Part shown: in pieces, positions 48,366 to 57,030 of the stretch
Numbering within the stretch: the stretch's first letter is position 1
Layout of the letters: each line of letters begins with the position of its first letter
Virus record (IMG/VR): IMGVR_UViG_3300036766_000988
Span: 186,001-250,000 of that record
Strand: one strand, 5' to 3'
Length of the DNA stretch: 64,000 nucleotides
Translations under genes and position numbers: made by a program
The notes under the pieces: model-generated
The model's database searches: none
What the model was told of the DNA's origin: nothing
What the model saw: the letters and a program-made list of their open reading frames with translations, nothing else

Positions 48366-48468
48366 CGCGTGCCGAGTACGAAGCTTGGAGGAAGCGCCGT
48401 GGGGACGCGCTTACCGCTCTTGAAGAGGATGCTTGGGAGCGGGCGGGCAAACCGGAGCGCCCCTAGCT

Positions 48469-48738
48469 TCACGTGGGGTTGCAGGAGAGCCACGCCCGTA
48501 TCGCTGTGAGGTTCTCCTCGGGTAGTGGGGAACCCTTCACAACAAGTCGTGGGCCCTGGGGGACATAGGCCTCTCGGGAGAAGCGCACCAATTCACTACG
48601 TAGGTCTGTTGGCAAGTACGCCATGATCTCGTCTACGTTGTCTTGTGTAAGCAAGCGGACGATCATGTCGGCGCGCAGATAGAAGCTGATCTCAACCGCT
48701 AACACGAAGTCCAGCTCTTCTTTTACCGAGGGGGTCAC
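48469..48738 (-). CDS. hypothetical protein
   Basis: 89-aa ORF. Confidence 0.55.
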   Translation of the reverse strand: MTPSVKEELDFVLAVEISFYLRADMIVRLLTQDNVDEIMAYLPTDLRSELVRFSREAYVPQGPRLVVKGSPLPEENLTAIRAWLSCNPT

Positions 48739-48744
48739 AACGCG

Positions 48745-49011
48745 TTACCCGAGCCTCTTGGCGAGATCTTCTGCATATCGGGCCAGCCACCCGTTCGAGT
48801 ACAGGTTTGGCTCCTGTGGGCTGCGTTCGTAATTGTCGACCGCTTCGCAGACAAGACGTTCCACGTCCCCCGGTGGGATGTGATCCCGCATCAGGGTATA
48901 GAGGAAGTCGACGAGCTTGCCAGGGATCTGGACGCTGCCACTTCGTAGGCGCAGGTCTGCGTTGCTGGGATGGGGCTTGGATAGACGGGGGCGGGGCTTC
49001 TTCGGCATCAT
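48745..49011 (-). CDS. hypothetical protein
   Basis: ATGA overlap. Confidence 0.6.
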   Translation of the reverse strand: MMPKKPRPRLSKPHPSNADLRLRSGSVQIPGKLVDFLYTLMRDHIPPGDVERLVCEAVDNYERSPQEPNLYSNGWLARYAEDLAKRLG

Positions 49012-49214
49012 GCGAGGCCGTCAAGGAAACGCTGGGCGAACGCTTCATTCTGTTTGAGAGTCCGTAGACATCGGTGTTTGACACGCCCTGCTGTCAAATG
49101 AAGAGCAGCGGCGGTCTTGGCGACCGATCGGGTCTCCCATAGACTTCGGACGATGTTGGCGTCCTCGGGCGAAGCCTGTTTGAGAGCCTGGGTCAGTTCT
49201 TGTTCGGTGATCAT
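49008..49214 (-). CDS. stand-alone sigma-70 region 4-like HTH protein
   Basis: LTQALKQASPEDANIV...SVAKTAAALHLTAGRVKHRCLRTLK; GGAGG RBS. Confidence 0.55.
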   Translation of the reverse strand: MITEQELTQALKQASPEDANIVRSLWETRSVAKTAAALHLTAGRVKHRCLRTLKQNEAFAQRFLDGLA

Positions 49215-49218
49215 GGGC

Positions 49219-49431
49219 CTAGCCTCCAAACTCGATGAAGAGCGGTCCTACGATAACAACGAGCGTACCCTTGCAATGCTCGATGTGGTAGGGCCATCGC
49301 CATAGATCGTGGCGCCAGCGCCATGTGTAGAAGCCAATCGCTACACTTTGCAGGCTTCCGGGGGCTCCTACGGTTTCAATGACGTGGCGCACGTTGCCGA
49401 GCCAGCTCCGATCATTGAGCTTCATCACCAA
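49219..49431 (-). CDS. hypothetical protein
   Basis: 70-aa ORF in operon. Confidence 0.45.
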   Translation of the reverse strand: MVMKLNDRSWLGNVRHVIETVGAPGSLQSVAIGFYTWRWRHDLWRWPYHIEHCKGTLVVIVGPLFIEFGG

Positions 49432-49751
49432 CGTTCCTTCTCGACCGTATCGCGGGGCTCAATCCGCACTTGTACCACACGGCCACGGTCTCGCTCTTCT
49501 TCGACCTTCGAGCCGTAGGTGAAGCACATCTCCACGAGCATGCGGCGAGGGAAAATCATACAGAAGGTTTTGTCTTCGGCGTCCCACCAACCCCACTGAT
49601 CCCCGTTTGGATCCAGCGTGACCAACACAGGGGTAACGGGCCCGTCCCCACACATACGGACTGCCGTGGCAGACCCATGCAGGTCGGTGAAACACCCGTC
49701 CCGCACGTGGGCGAACAGATGGCTTCGTGCGTTGGCGGGGACTTCGATCAC
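49425..49751 (-). CDS. hypothetical protein
   Basis: 108-aa ORF. Confidence 0.6.
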   Translation of the reverse strand: MIEVPANARSHLFAHVRDGCFTDLHGSATAVRMCGDGPVTPVLVTLDPNGDQWGWWDAEDKTFCMIFPRRMLVEMCFTYGSKVEEERDRGRVVQVRIEPRDTVEKERW

Positions 49752-49767
49752 AGGAGTTCCCTAGCCG

Positions 49768-50724
49768 CTACACCGCAGGGGGCATCGCGAAGGGCCTGTA
49801 GACAGGCTTGCCGACGAGACGGGTCAGGATTGCATCGAACCTGTCATGGAGGTCCCAGGCATCTCCGTGGCGGCATGCGGGGTCTTCCACCAGACACTCT
49901 TCGAGCAGCTCCCGCACTTGGCGCGGGACTTCGGTCGGCATCTGGTTCGTGAGCGGATGTCCTCCGAGCAGAGCTACGATGCACTTGGCGAGCATGTAGA
50001 GGTCGGTTGCCGGGCTCGGGATCCTCTTTGCCGTGACCTCGGGCGGGTAGTAAAGCCCATACTCGGGCGTGATCGCTTTGATGTGCCCCGGACCTGCGGG
50101 CTCTTCTTCGAGGATGATGTGGGTTTCGTCGTCCTCGTCCATGAGGCGAGCCCATGCAGTAGGCCGTTCGGCGGCCTTTTTCACAGGCTTCGGAGCCTTC
50201 GGGTCTTCCTTGAGCAGAACAGCGTACGACCAGTCGATGATCTTCCCCCCGTGTCCGATCGGATGCACGAGGATGTGGGGCGGGGTGATGTTGCCGTGAA
50301 CGATGTTCTTCTGGTGTACCCACCCGAGGACGACGAGTGCTCGCTTAAACATCCAGGCCATGTCCCGGTAGTCGATCCCCTGCGGATACGCGCGGATCAC
50401 GTCGGCCATCGAGACGTATTCAGCCGAGCCCGTTCGAGCTTCGGTATCGACCGCCTTGGCGAGGATGTTGTACGCCAGTCCTCCGGCCATCGTCCCGCTG
50501 GCGAGAAGCTTCGAGAGATAGCGGTAGAATTTCGTGTCGCTGGCCGTTGGGGGATAGAGCCGACGGAGCATCCTGGTCTCCGTCTGTACGAGGTCGTTGT
50601 CGGCCTTGTTTGCGGCGACCTTCACGATGACCGACGCGCCTTCGTAAGTACCCTCATAGAGGTTGCAAAGGTCGCCTTTCGGCAGCTCACGGGTGATGGT
50701 GACGTTTGGGATGACGGGCGGCAT
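49768..50724 (-). CDS. Ser/Thr protein kinase-like (possibly pseudokinase)
   Basis: VIVKVA, VHGNITPPHILV, IIDWS, YYPPE, TDLYML. Confidence 0.8.
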   Translation of the reverse strand: MPPVIPNVTITRELPKGDLCNLYEGTYEGASVIVKVAANKADNDLVQTETRMLRRLYPPTASDTKFYRYLSKLLASGTMAGGLAYNILAKAVDTEARTGSAEYVSMADVIRAYPQGIDYRDMAWMFKRALVVLGWVHQKNIVHGNITPPHILVHPIGHGGKIIDWSYAVLLKEDPKAPKPVKKAAERPTAWARLMDEDDETHIILEEEPAGPGHIKAITPEYGLYYPPEVTAKRIPSPATDLYMLAKCIVALLGGHPLTNQMPTEVPRQVRELLEECLVEDPACRHGDAWDLHDRFDAILTRLVGKPVYRPFAMPPAV

Positions 50725-50764
50725 GTCTTTATTTACACCGCTTCTCGTGGTGTAGAGATCCCTT

Positions 50765-51220
50765 ATGAAGCTTCCGATCACGTATCCGCTGGTCAAGGCT
50801 CGTCACCCCGAGGCCGTCAAGGACATCTTGACTAAGCTCAAGAAGGGTCGCTCGAAGGAACGCGGATCACGACCCCAAGATCTTACGTGGAATTACACAT
50901 GGGGGGTCCTTTGCGTGGAGGCCCACTTCGGAGAGCTGCCTACGGCCGAAGGTCGTGTTCAGGATATCCTCTCTCGTTGTCGGGTTGGTCTGGCGGCTTC
51001 GAAGGGCCGTTGGTACGAAATGGTGCCACTCGAAGGGGAGGTCCCGCCAGAGGTCCGAGAGATCTACGTGCAGGCCGAAAAGAAGCGGGCTGTGGAAGAG
51101 GCACGTGTCGCTGCGCTCACTCCCCAGGAGCGGGAAGAGGAGTTGCGCAAGCTCTTCGCATCCCTCAGTAAGGACCCTGGTTTCATGGTCATCGAGATTG
51201 GCCGTGAACGGGCTACTTGA
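50765..51220 (+). CDS. hypothetical protein
   Basis: GGTGTAG 9 nt upstream. Confidence 0.65.
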   Translation: MKLPITYPLVKARHPEAVKDILTKLKKGRSKERGSRPQDLTWNYTWGVLCVEAHFGELPTAEGRVQDILSRCRVGLAASKGRWYEMVPLEGEVPPEVREIYVQAEKKRAVEEARVAALTPQEREEELRKLFASLSKDPGFMVIEIGRERAT

Positions 51221-51545
51221 GTAGGAACAGGTCGATGCGTTTGTCTTGAAACGACCAGACCTCCACCCACTTGTCATCGCTGCTTCCAAGCCGATGCCAT
51301 TGTTTCAGCACGATTTCCCTCGTGAATAGAGGTGTCATCCCGAAGGCCATGAGCTGTTGGCGCAGGGAGTCGAGGTCGTTTTCGGCCGTTGTGAGGGGGT
51401 ACAACACCAGATCGAGATCTTTGCGGCTCGCACCCTTGGTGAGCACGGAGCCTGTGAGCGCAACGGCGTGCGCGGTCAGGTGCCCTGCCAGCTCTCGGCA
51501 AAGCGTGAGAGCTTCCTCCAAAGTCCAGACGGGCGGGCGCTTCAT
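51213..51545 (-). CDS. minimal nucleotidyltransferase
   Basis: ALTGSV...KDLDLV...RIDLF. Confidence 0.7.
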   Translation of the reverse strand: MKRPPVWTLEEALTLCRELAGHLTAHAVALTGSVLTKGASRKDLDLVLYPLTTAENDLDSLRQQLMAFGMTPLFTREIVLKQWHRLGSSDDKWVEVWSFQDKRIDLFLLK

Positions 51546-51769
51546 CCGTGACGCCTTTGGGCTCTGAGCTTCTCGATGACATCGGCGACCGATTTGCCGG
51601 TGACAATCGTGTGTTGGCCTCGGGTAACGATCCCAAGTTCCTCAGCTTTATCGTAACGCGTGTCGTGCTCCGCGTACTGATGAAGTTGCGCCGAGTACCC
51701 CTCGGGGCCTCGTCGGAGCGTGAGCACCCCGAGCACACCATCGGCGAGGAGAGCTTCGATCTCCTCCAT
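51542..51769 (-). CDS. hypothetical protein
   Basis: Stop/start overlaps on both sides. Confidence 0.6.
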   Translation of the reverse strand: MEEIEALLADGVLGVLTLRRGPEGYSAQLHQYAEHDTRYDKAEELGIVTRGQHTIVTGKSVADVIEKLRAQRRHG

Positions 51770-52014
51770 CAGACGACCGGCTTGAGACGTCCCTCGATGT
51801 AGGTGACGGCTTCCTGGACGGTGCGGATTTTTTCGGTGTCGTCATCGGGGATGTCCAACTCGAACTCCTCCTCGACGCCGAGCAGAATCTCGACCAGAGA
51901 AAGGGAATCGGCCCCGAGATCCTCGATGAGGTCGCTTTCGGGTTTGACATCTGCGTCCTCGACGTCGAGGTTGTCGGTCAAGATGCGTCGAAGCCTGCTG
52001 AACACGTCCGCCAT
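51769..52014 (-). CDS. acpP: acyl carrier protein
   Basis: EDLGADSLSLVEI...EEEF...IPDDD.EKI.TV.EAV.YI. Confidence 0.92.
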   Translation of the reverse strand: MADVFSRLRRILTDNLDVEDADVKPESDLIEDLGADSLSLVEILLGVEEEFELDIPDDDTEKIRTVQEAVTYIEGRLKPVV

Positions 52015-52156
52015 GTCTGAACGTACACCGGGGAGGGCATCTACGCGAAGGGTCAAGCATCCTTCGCATGTACTAGGGGAAAATTAGGATGATCCCCCCG
52101 AAGTCGGAGCGTAGAAGAACCGGGGTCTCTACATCAACCCCCACCGGAGACTGATC

Positions 52157-52453
52157 ATGTCTGGTCCGAACATCACCAAGGGTACGCGCATCCAGGCCAC
52201 GTGGTTCCAGGCCAAGCCGTTGGGGACCTGGGCGCTCGCGGGAGTCCAGATGAAGGTTACGGGGAGCTTCGTGACCGTGACCGGGGTCTGTCGGCACTTC
52301 CGGGGAGACGATCCGGTAACCCCCACGAAGATCAGGGTCTACATCGACCCCGATCCTGGCACTTGGGGTGGGCCAACCGTGCGCCCCATCGGGTGCTCGT
52401 GCGACCACCCTCATGTTGAGATCAACCCTGATCACATCGTCGCGGTGGTGTAG
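52157..52453 (+). CDS. hypothetical protein
   Basis: GGAG RBS. Confidence 0.6.
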   Translation: MSGPNITKGTRIQATWFQAKPLGTWALAGVQMKVTGSFVTVTGVCRHFRGDDPVTPTKIRVYIDPDPGTWGGPTVRPIGCSCDHPHVEINPDHIVAVV

Positions 52454-52456
52454 GGT

Positions 52457-53296
52457 ATGATCGTGAAGATTGGTCGCCAAGAAGGCATCCCCTACTCCCT
52501 CTCCCGTTGGACGGACGTCCCAGCGGCGAAATGGGAGTGGATGATGGATGCCTTCAAGCAGCAGAAGATGGTCGCTTTCGATCCCAGGACGGCCATCCCT
52601 TCCGAGTGGTCGCTCAAGCCGGAAGACACGCTCGGGCTCTTGTTCTGGACGAAGGACCCGACGAACCTCATCACCGAAGCCGACCTGATCAAGCGTTACC
52701 GGCACAAGATCCACGTTACGCTGACCGGCTGGGAAGAGGTCGAACGGGGTGCGCCAAACCTCGCGTACGGGACCGCGCTTTTGGTCGATACGGTGGAAGC
52801 CTTCGGTCCCGCGAACGTCACCTGGCGGTTCTCGCCAGTGCCGCTGCTTCATCCTGATGAGATAGCCGTTCGCTTTCAGCACATCGCCTACCGGGCCGGT
52901 CTGGCGGGCCTTCGGTCGGTCTACCTGAGCTTCCTCCAGGCAAACGACCTCATGCCCGAGATGCGGACGCTCGAAGAGCGGCATCAGCTCCTCCGGCGAC
53001 TTGCCGACGTGGGAGCCCCGTATGGGATCCAAATCCGCCTCTGCAACGAGGACCGGCTCCTTGTCGGGGCTTCGACCTACCCGAACCTCGATTCTGATGT
53101 CTGTGCGCCCCCGAAAGACTTCGCTCTGCCGAACCGGGAAGCACCCCCCTCTGAAGGATGCGGTTGTGTCCTGATGGCTGATCCATTCACGGTCAACGAG
53201 ACCTGTACGATGGGGTGTCAGTACTGCTACGCCGCAGACGAGAACCTCTCTCCGAAGAAGCGGAACACGACCCGCAGCCTGCCGGTGATCCGATGA
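52457..53296 (+). CDS. DUF1848-family protein (C-terminal CxxxCxYC)
   Basis: SRWTDVPA, FWTKDP, WRFSP, GCGC, CTMGCQYCYA. Confidence 0.8.
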   Translation: MIVKIGRQEGIPYSLSRWTDVPAAKWEWMMDAFKQQKMVAFDPRTAIPSEWSLKPEDTLGLLFWTKDPTNLITEADLIKRYRHKIHVTLTGWEEVERGAPNLAYGTALLVDTVEAFGPANVTWRFSPVPLLHPDEIAVRFQHIAYRAGLAGLRSVYLSFLQANDLMPEMRTLEERHQLLRRLADVGAPYGIQIRLCNEDRLLVGASTYPNLDSDVCAPPKDFALPNREAPPSEGCGCVLMADPFTVNETCTMGCQYCYAADENLSPKKRNTTRSLPVIR

Positions 53297-53406
53297 GCGA
53301 TCTGGTTCAAACAGCTATCGCCACCGTGGCAGCCCTGGTTGTGGGCTCCTTGCTCTTCTGGTTGTGGAGGCGGAACTACGAGCGACGTCAGAAGGACTCT
53401 CAGTGA
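53293..53406 (+). CDS. small membrane protein
   Basis: 37 aa single TM; overlaps at both ends. Confidence 0.5.
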   Translation: MSDLVQTAIATVAALVVGSLLFWLWRRNYERRQKDSQ

Positions 53407-54335
53407 AGCATCCGAACCCACTCATGCTGGTCAGGATCGCGCAGGGTGACGCCTACGGGATGGCGTGCGAGTACATCAAGTTCCCGCGTGACCAAGAAGT
53501 ACACGACCAAGCGCTGCGGTTCGAGCGCTATGGACGGCACCCGATCCACAAGCTCGCCCCTGGTCAGTACACCGACGACACCCAGATGTCGGTAGCGGTC
53601 TCCGAGGTGTTGTTGGAGTTGAACGTCCCCGATCCCCTCGCGCCTGACCGCACCTGGAATCTCCGTGAAGTCGCGGACGCGATGAAGCTCAAGTTCGCTG
53701 AGGCGTTCGTTCGATGTTTCAAGCGGGACCGACGGGATGGGTACGCCAGGCACTTCCAGGCGTTCCTCGAAACTGTGAAGGATGGCCAAGACTTCATCCA
53801 ACGCATCCACCCCGATTCCGACAAGAACGGCGCCTGCATGCGAGCAGTTCCGTTGGGAATACTGCCGACCGAAGCTCAGGTGGAGTTTGCTGCTGGTGAG
53901 CAAGCTCAGCTCACGCACGACACCGAAGGCGGACGGGGCTCGGCGATGATCGTCGCCCTGATGAGTCACTTCGCTCTCTATAGCGAGGAACCGCTCTCAA
54001 AGGTGCCCGACTTCATCCGAAAGTACTTTTGCATCTCCTCTGGAGGGTTGCCCCTTTGGGATGGCAGCCCTGTGGTGGGGCCGGACGTCGGGATGAAGAC
54101 GGCACGGGCGGTTATGACCCTCTTGGCGACTCAATCCTCCCTGTTGGACATCGCCCGCACAACTATCGAGTGGGGAGGGGATACAGACAGTGTGCTTGCC
54201 ATCGCGTGGGGGATCGCCAGTGCTAGAATGCACGAAAAGCTGCCTCCGTTCTTCGACGGTGGCCTTGAGAACGGTCCGTATGGCTACAAGTTCCTCGCTG
54301 ACCTGGGGGCGAAGCTCATGAAGAGGTATCCATGA
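53403..54335 (+). CDS. ADP-ribosylglycohydrolase (DraG/ARH family)
   Basis: GDAYG, YTDDTQM, NGACMR, TH, GGDTDS. Confidence 0.9.
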   Translation: MKHPNPLMLVRIAQGDAYGMACEYIKFPRDQEVHDQALRFERYGRHPIHKLAPGQYTDDTQMSVAVSEVLLELNVPDPLAPDRTWNLREVADAMKLKFAEAFVRCFKRDRRDGYARHFQAFLETVKDGQDFIQRIHPDSDKNGACMRAVPLGILPTEAQVEFAAGEQAQLTHDTEGGRGSAMIVALMSHFALYSEEPLSKVPDFIRKYFCISSGGLPLWDGSPVVGPDVGMKTARAVMTLLATQSSLLDIARTTIEWGGDTDSVLAIAWGIASARMHEKLPPFFDGGLENGPYGYKFLADLGAKLMKRYP

Positions 54336-54592
54336 ACCAAGCCCCCGAGGATGACTCCGAAGATCTCACCGACGGCCAGATCGCTCAGGCGGTCGAAACC
54401 ACAGGCTCGAAGGATTTCGGCGAGCGTCAGGCGCGTCTGTCCTGTACTACGTGTGGAGCACGACACGGAACTCTCAGCCATGCGCTCCGTCGTCGGGCAC
54501 CCCATCTCTACTCGCGAACCGAGGCCACCTGCGAAGCAGGACACCAAGAGATGTTCGTTTTCCTCGTGGATTGGCTGAAGGGAACAAGCTGA
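54332..54592 (+). CDS. small zinc-ribbon-like protein
   Basis: CTTC...CEAGH. Confidence 0.55.
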   Translation: MNQAPEDDSEDLTDGQIAQAVETTGSKDFGERQARLSCTTCGARHGTLSHALRRRAPHLYSRTEATCEAGHQEMFVFLVDWLKGTS

Positions 54593-54948
54593 TGAGCTGC
54601 GATGAAACCCCCCGCAAGACGATGTGCGACCGCTACCAGCCGGGTGACAAGAACGTCTGGGTCGAGCGTGGAGACACCCCCGGAAGCGAAAACGCGCCTG
54701 GTATCTGCCTTCTCGACACGATGAGTCGGGAGCAGGTCATCTACTCCATCGAGCGGGATGAGGTCGCCAGGGCGGACCTCTTGAAGGTCACCACCAACCC
54801 GGATCTCATCGAGCTGGCCAACACTGTGACTCGTCTACCAACGGCCGAACTGGTGGATATGGAGCAGACGACCGGCAACCGTCCGCAAGAGGCCGCCGGG
54901 ATCCCCTTCTACGCCATCTTCCGAGGGCAACCCCCGTTCGCTCAGTGA
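54592..54948 (+). CDS. hypothetical protein
   Basis: TGATG overlap. Confidence 0.55.
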   Translation: MSCDETPRKTMCDRYQPGDKNVWVERGDTPGSENAPGICLLDTMSREQVIYSIERDEVARADLLKVTTNPDLIELANTVTRLPTAELVDMEQTTGNRPQEAAGIPFYAIFRGQPPFAQ

Positions 54949-54962
54949 GGAGATCGTGACCG

Positions 54963-55196
54963 ATGACCGCACGCATGTTCAACGCTCCGCCCGCACCGAA
55001 AGTGCAGGCGCCGAAGTCGCACACCGAGTGGACCAAGCTCATGCGCTTGGTGGTCGAGCGGGCGGAAGCCCTTCAGCATCGGCACCTTCCAGGGCTTCGA
55101 GCATCCCTGGCCAAGGGGAACGCCGAGAAACACCTCCGCACCCTCGGGATCATCAGCCAGGCCGATCTCGACCGGGAGTTCCCGCTCCCGAAGTAG
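54963..55196 (+). CDS. hypothetical protein
   Basis: GAGGAG RBS; overlaps alternative-frame ORF 54956-55492. Confidence 0.5.
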   Translation: MTARMFNAPPAPKVQAPKSHTEWTKLMRLVVERAEALQHRHLPGLRASLAKGNAEKHLRTLGIISQADLDREFPLPK

Positions 55197-55593
55197 ACCC
55201 CACCGAGGCCCTCATCGCAGCATTCGAAGCTGGCGATCCTGTGGTTGCTTTCAAGGCCGCAACCCAGCTCATCGAGGCCTACCGGAGCGTAACCTTGGAG
55301 GCCGCCAAGCTTCGGTTTCAACTCAACTTCGGAACCCCTGGGTGCAACCAATGTGACGGGCTGCATGCCGGGCCGGGGGTTTCCGCAACCTGCTTCCAGA
55401 TGAAGCAGTGCCACTACAGCAACCTCAAGGAGGGTGAAGGGAGTTCCCGGCAACTCAGGGTGCTCAAAACATTGACCGAGATCCCCAAATAGCGCTTGAC
55501 GCCCATCCCAAGTTAGTATTCTTTGGGCTCAGGGTACTCATCCGCTGGGGATAGACCAAAAACCAGACCCGGATGTAGACAGGAGAAATTGAG

Positions 55594-56601
55594 ATGACTG
55601 CGATTCAGACTTTGAAGAGTGGGCGGGCGTCCGCCTTGAAGGATGTCGAGAAGGCCCGCAAGGAGCACAAGAAGCTTCAGACCAAGACCGAGGCCATCGT
55701 CAAGCTGTTCGGCGAGTCCAAGGTGCGTCTCGCACGGGCCGAGGCTGGACTGAATGCCCTCGACGACGCCCTCAAGAACATGGAAGGCGATACCGAGAAG
55801 GCTCCCAAGGCGAAGGCCACCTCGGTGGATGCTGTGAAGATCGACGGCCGAAGCAAGGAGGCAAGGGCCGCCAAGGCTGCGGTGAAGGCCGCTGGCAAGG
55901 CTCCCAAGGCGAAGGCCACCTCGGTGGGTGCCGTGAAGATCGACGGCCGAACCAAGGAGGCAAGGGCGGCCAAGGCTGCGGTGAAGGCCGCTGGCAAGGC
56001 TCCCAAGGCGAAGGCTCCCAAGGCGAAGGCCGTCAAGGCTGCTCCGGCAAAGAAGACCCCCAAGGCTGCGAAGATCTCCGCCAAGAAGACGGGCAAGAAG
56101 GGCGTGAGTCGTCAGGCGGCGGGTCGCCGCGAGGTCGCCGAGGGCAAGCGCCCGACGATCAAGGACGCGATCGTGCAGGTGATGGGCAACAAGGTGATGT
56201 CACGTCACCAGGTCCACGACGGGCTCAAGGCGAAGGGCTGGCTCCCGCGGTCGAACGACACGCTCGGGTACGTCGGGTACCTGCTCTCCGCCACGAAGGC
56301 GAAGGACGGCGGGCACCTCTTCGAGCGCGACGAGGCGAAGGGCCGAGGCTTCTACCGCGTTCGGCAGGACTCTTTGACGAGCCCCGAGACGCCGAAGGTC
56401 GAGAAGGCCAAGAAGTCGGAGAAGGCCGAGACGGCGGCAGCGGAGCCCAAGGCGAAGCGGAAGTACACGAAGAGGGCCAAGCCCGAGGCCGTGGCTGCAC
56501 CGCCGAAGTCCGAGGTCAACGGGACGTCGAAGGAGAAGTCGGCCGACGAGATCCTGGCGGACGCGCATCTCCTCGATACCGCGGCTCCTTTCGGAGGGTG
56601 A
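55594..56601 (+). CDS. histone H1-like Lys/Ala-rich protein with winged-helix-like domain
   Basis: KAPKAKA repeats flanking PTIKDAIVQVMGNK...GWLP...YLLS...FER...RGFYRV; AGGAG RBS. Confidence 0.75.
   Translation: MTAIQTLKSGRASALKDVEKARKEHKKLQTKTEAIVKLFGESKVRLARAEAGLNALDDALKNMEGDTEKAPKAKATSVDAVKIDGRSKEARAAKAAVKAAGKAPKAKATSVGAVKIDGRTKEARAAKAAVKAAGKAPKAKAPKAKAVKAAPAKKTPKAAKISAKKTGKKGVSRQAAGRREVAEGKRPTIKDAIVQVMGNKVMSRHQVHDGLKAKGWLPRSNDTLGYVGYLLSATKAKDGGHLFERDEAKGRGFYRVRQDSLTSPETPKVEKAKKSEKAETAAAEPKAKRKYTKRAKPEAVAAPPKSEVNGTSKEKSADEILADAHLLDTAAPFGG
55798..56031 (+). repeat. 99-bp in-frame tandem repeat (two copies plus partial)
   Basis: Units start at 55798, 55897 and 55996; encode KAPKAKATSVxAVKIDGR[ST]KEARAAKAAVKAAG. 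Confidence 0.9.
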
Positions 56602-56616
56602 TCCCTCACCATGAGG

Positions 56617-56660
56617 TACGAAAGCGCCGGGAGGTAAGATTCCTCTGCGGCGCTTTCGTA
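56617..56660 (+). terminator. hairpin/terminator after H1-like gene
   Basis: 13-bp inverted repeat TACGAAAGCGCCG/CGGCGCTTTCGTA. Confidence 0.6.
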
Positions 56661-56682
56661 TGTCTGGTGTCTGATCTCTATC

Positions 56683-57030
56683 ATGAACCAACGCGCCCAA
56701 CGCACCGAGCGGGTAGCTCGACGGCTCATCAAGAGCATGGCCCGTAGGCACATTTACGAGGTGAAGTCGGCGGAAACGAACGGGGCAGCCTACGATCGGA
56801 TGCTCATGCTCGAAGCCGCCATTCTGGAAGAGTCCCGTCGCGAATGGCGCGAGACTCTCTCCCTCTGGACATCGGACTTCGATCGGCTCGCCCTTTTGCC
56901 GATTCTCGCGAAGGTGACTCCTGCGGTGTATCGTGAGTGCCGAGAGACCGGCGACGAACTCGGGCCCGTGGCAAGCCACGCGCTCAAGAACTTCTTCGAC
57001 ACGTTCGATCCTCAAGGACTGCTCACATGA
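56683..57030 (+). CDS. hypothetical protein
   Basis: 115-aa ORF. Confidence 0.6.
   Translation: MNQRAQRTERVARRLIKSMARRHIYEVKSAETNGAAYDRMLMLEAAILEESRREWRETLSLWTSDFDRLALLPILAKVTPAVYRECRETGDELGPVASHALKNFFDTFDPQGLLT

Noticed and set aside
55496-55522. sigma-70 promoter TTGACG...TATTCT before the H1-like gene
   Set aside because: Spacer is only 15 nt; too weak to call
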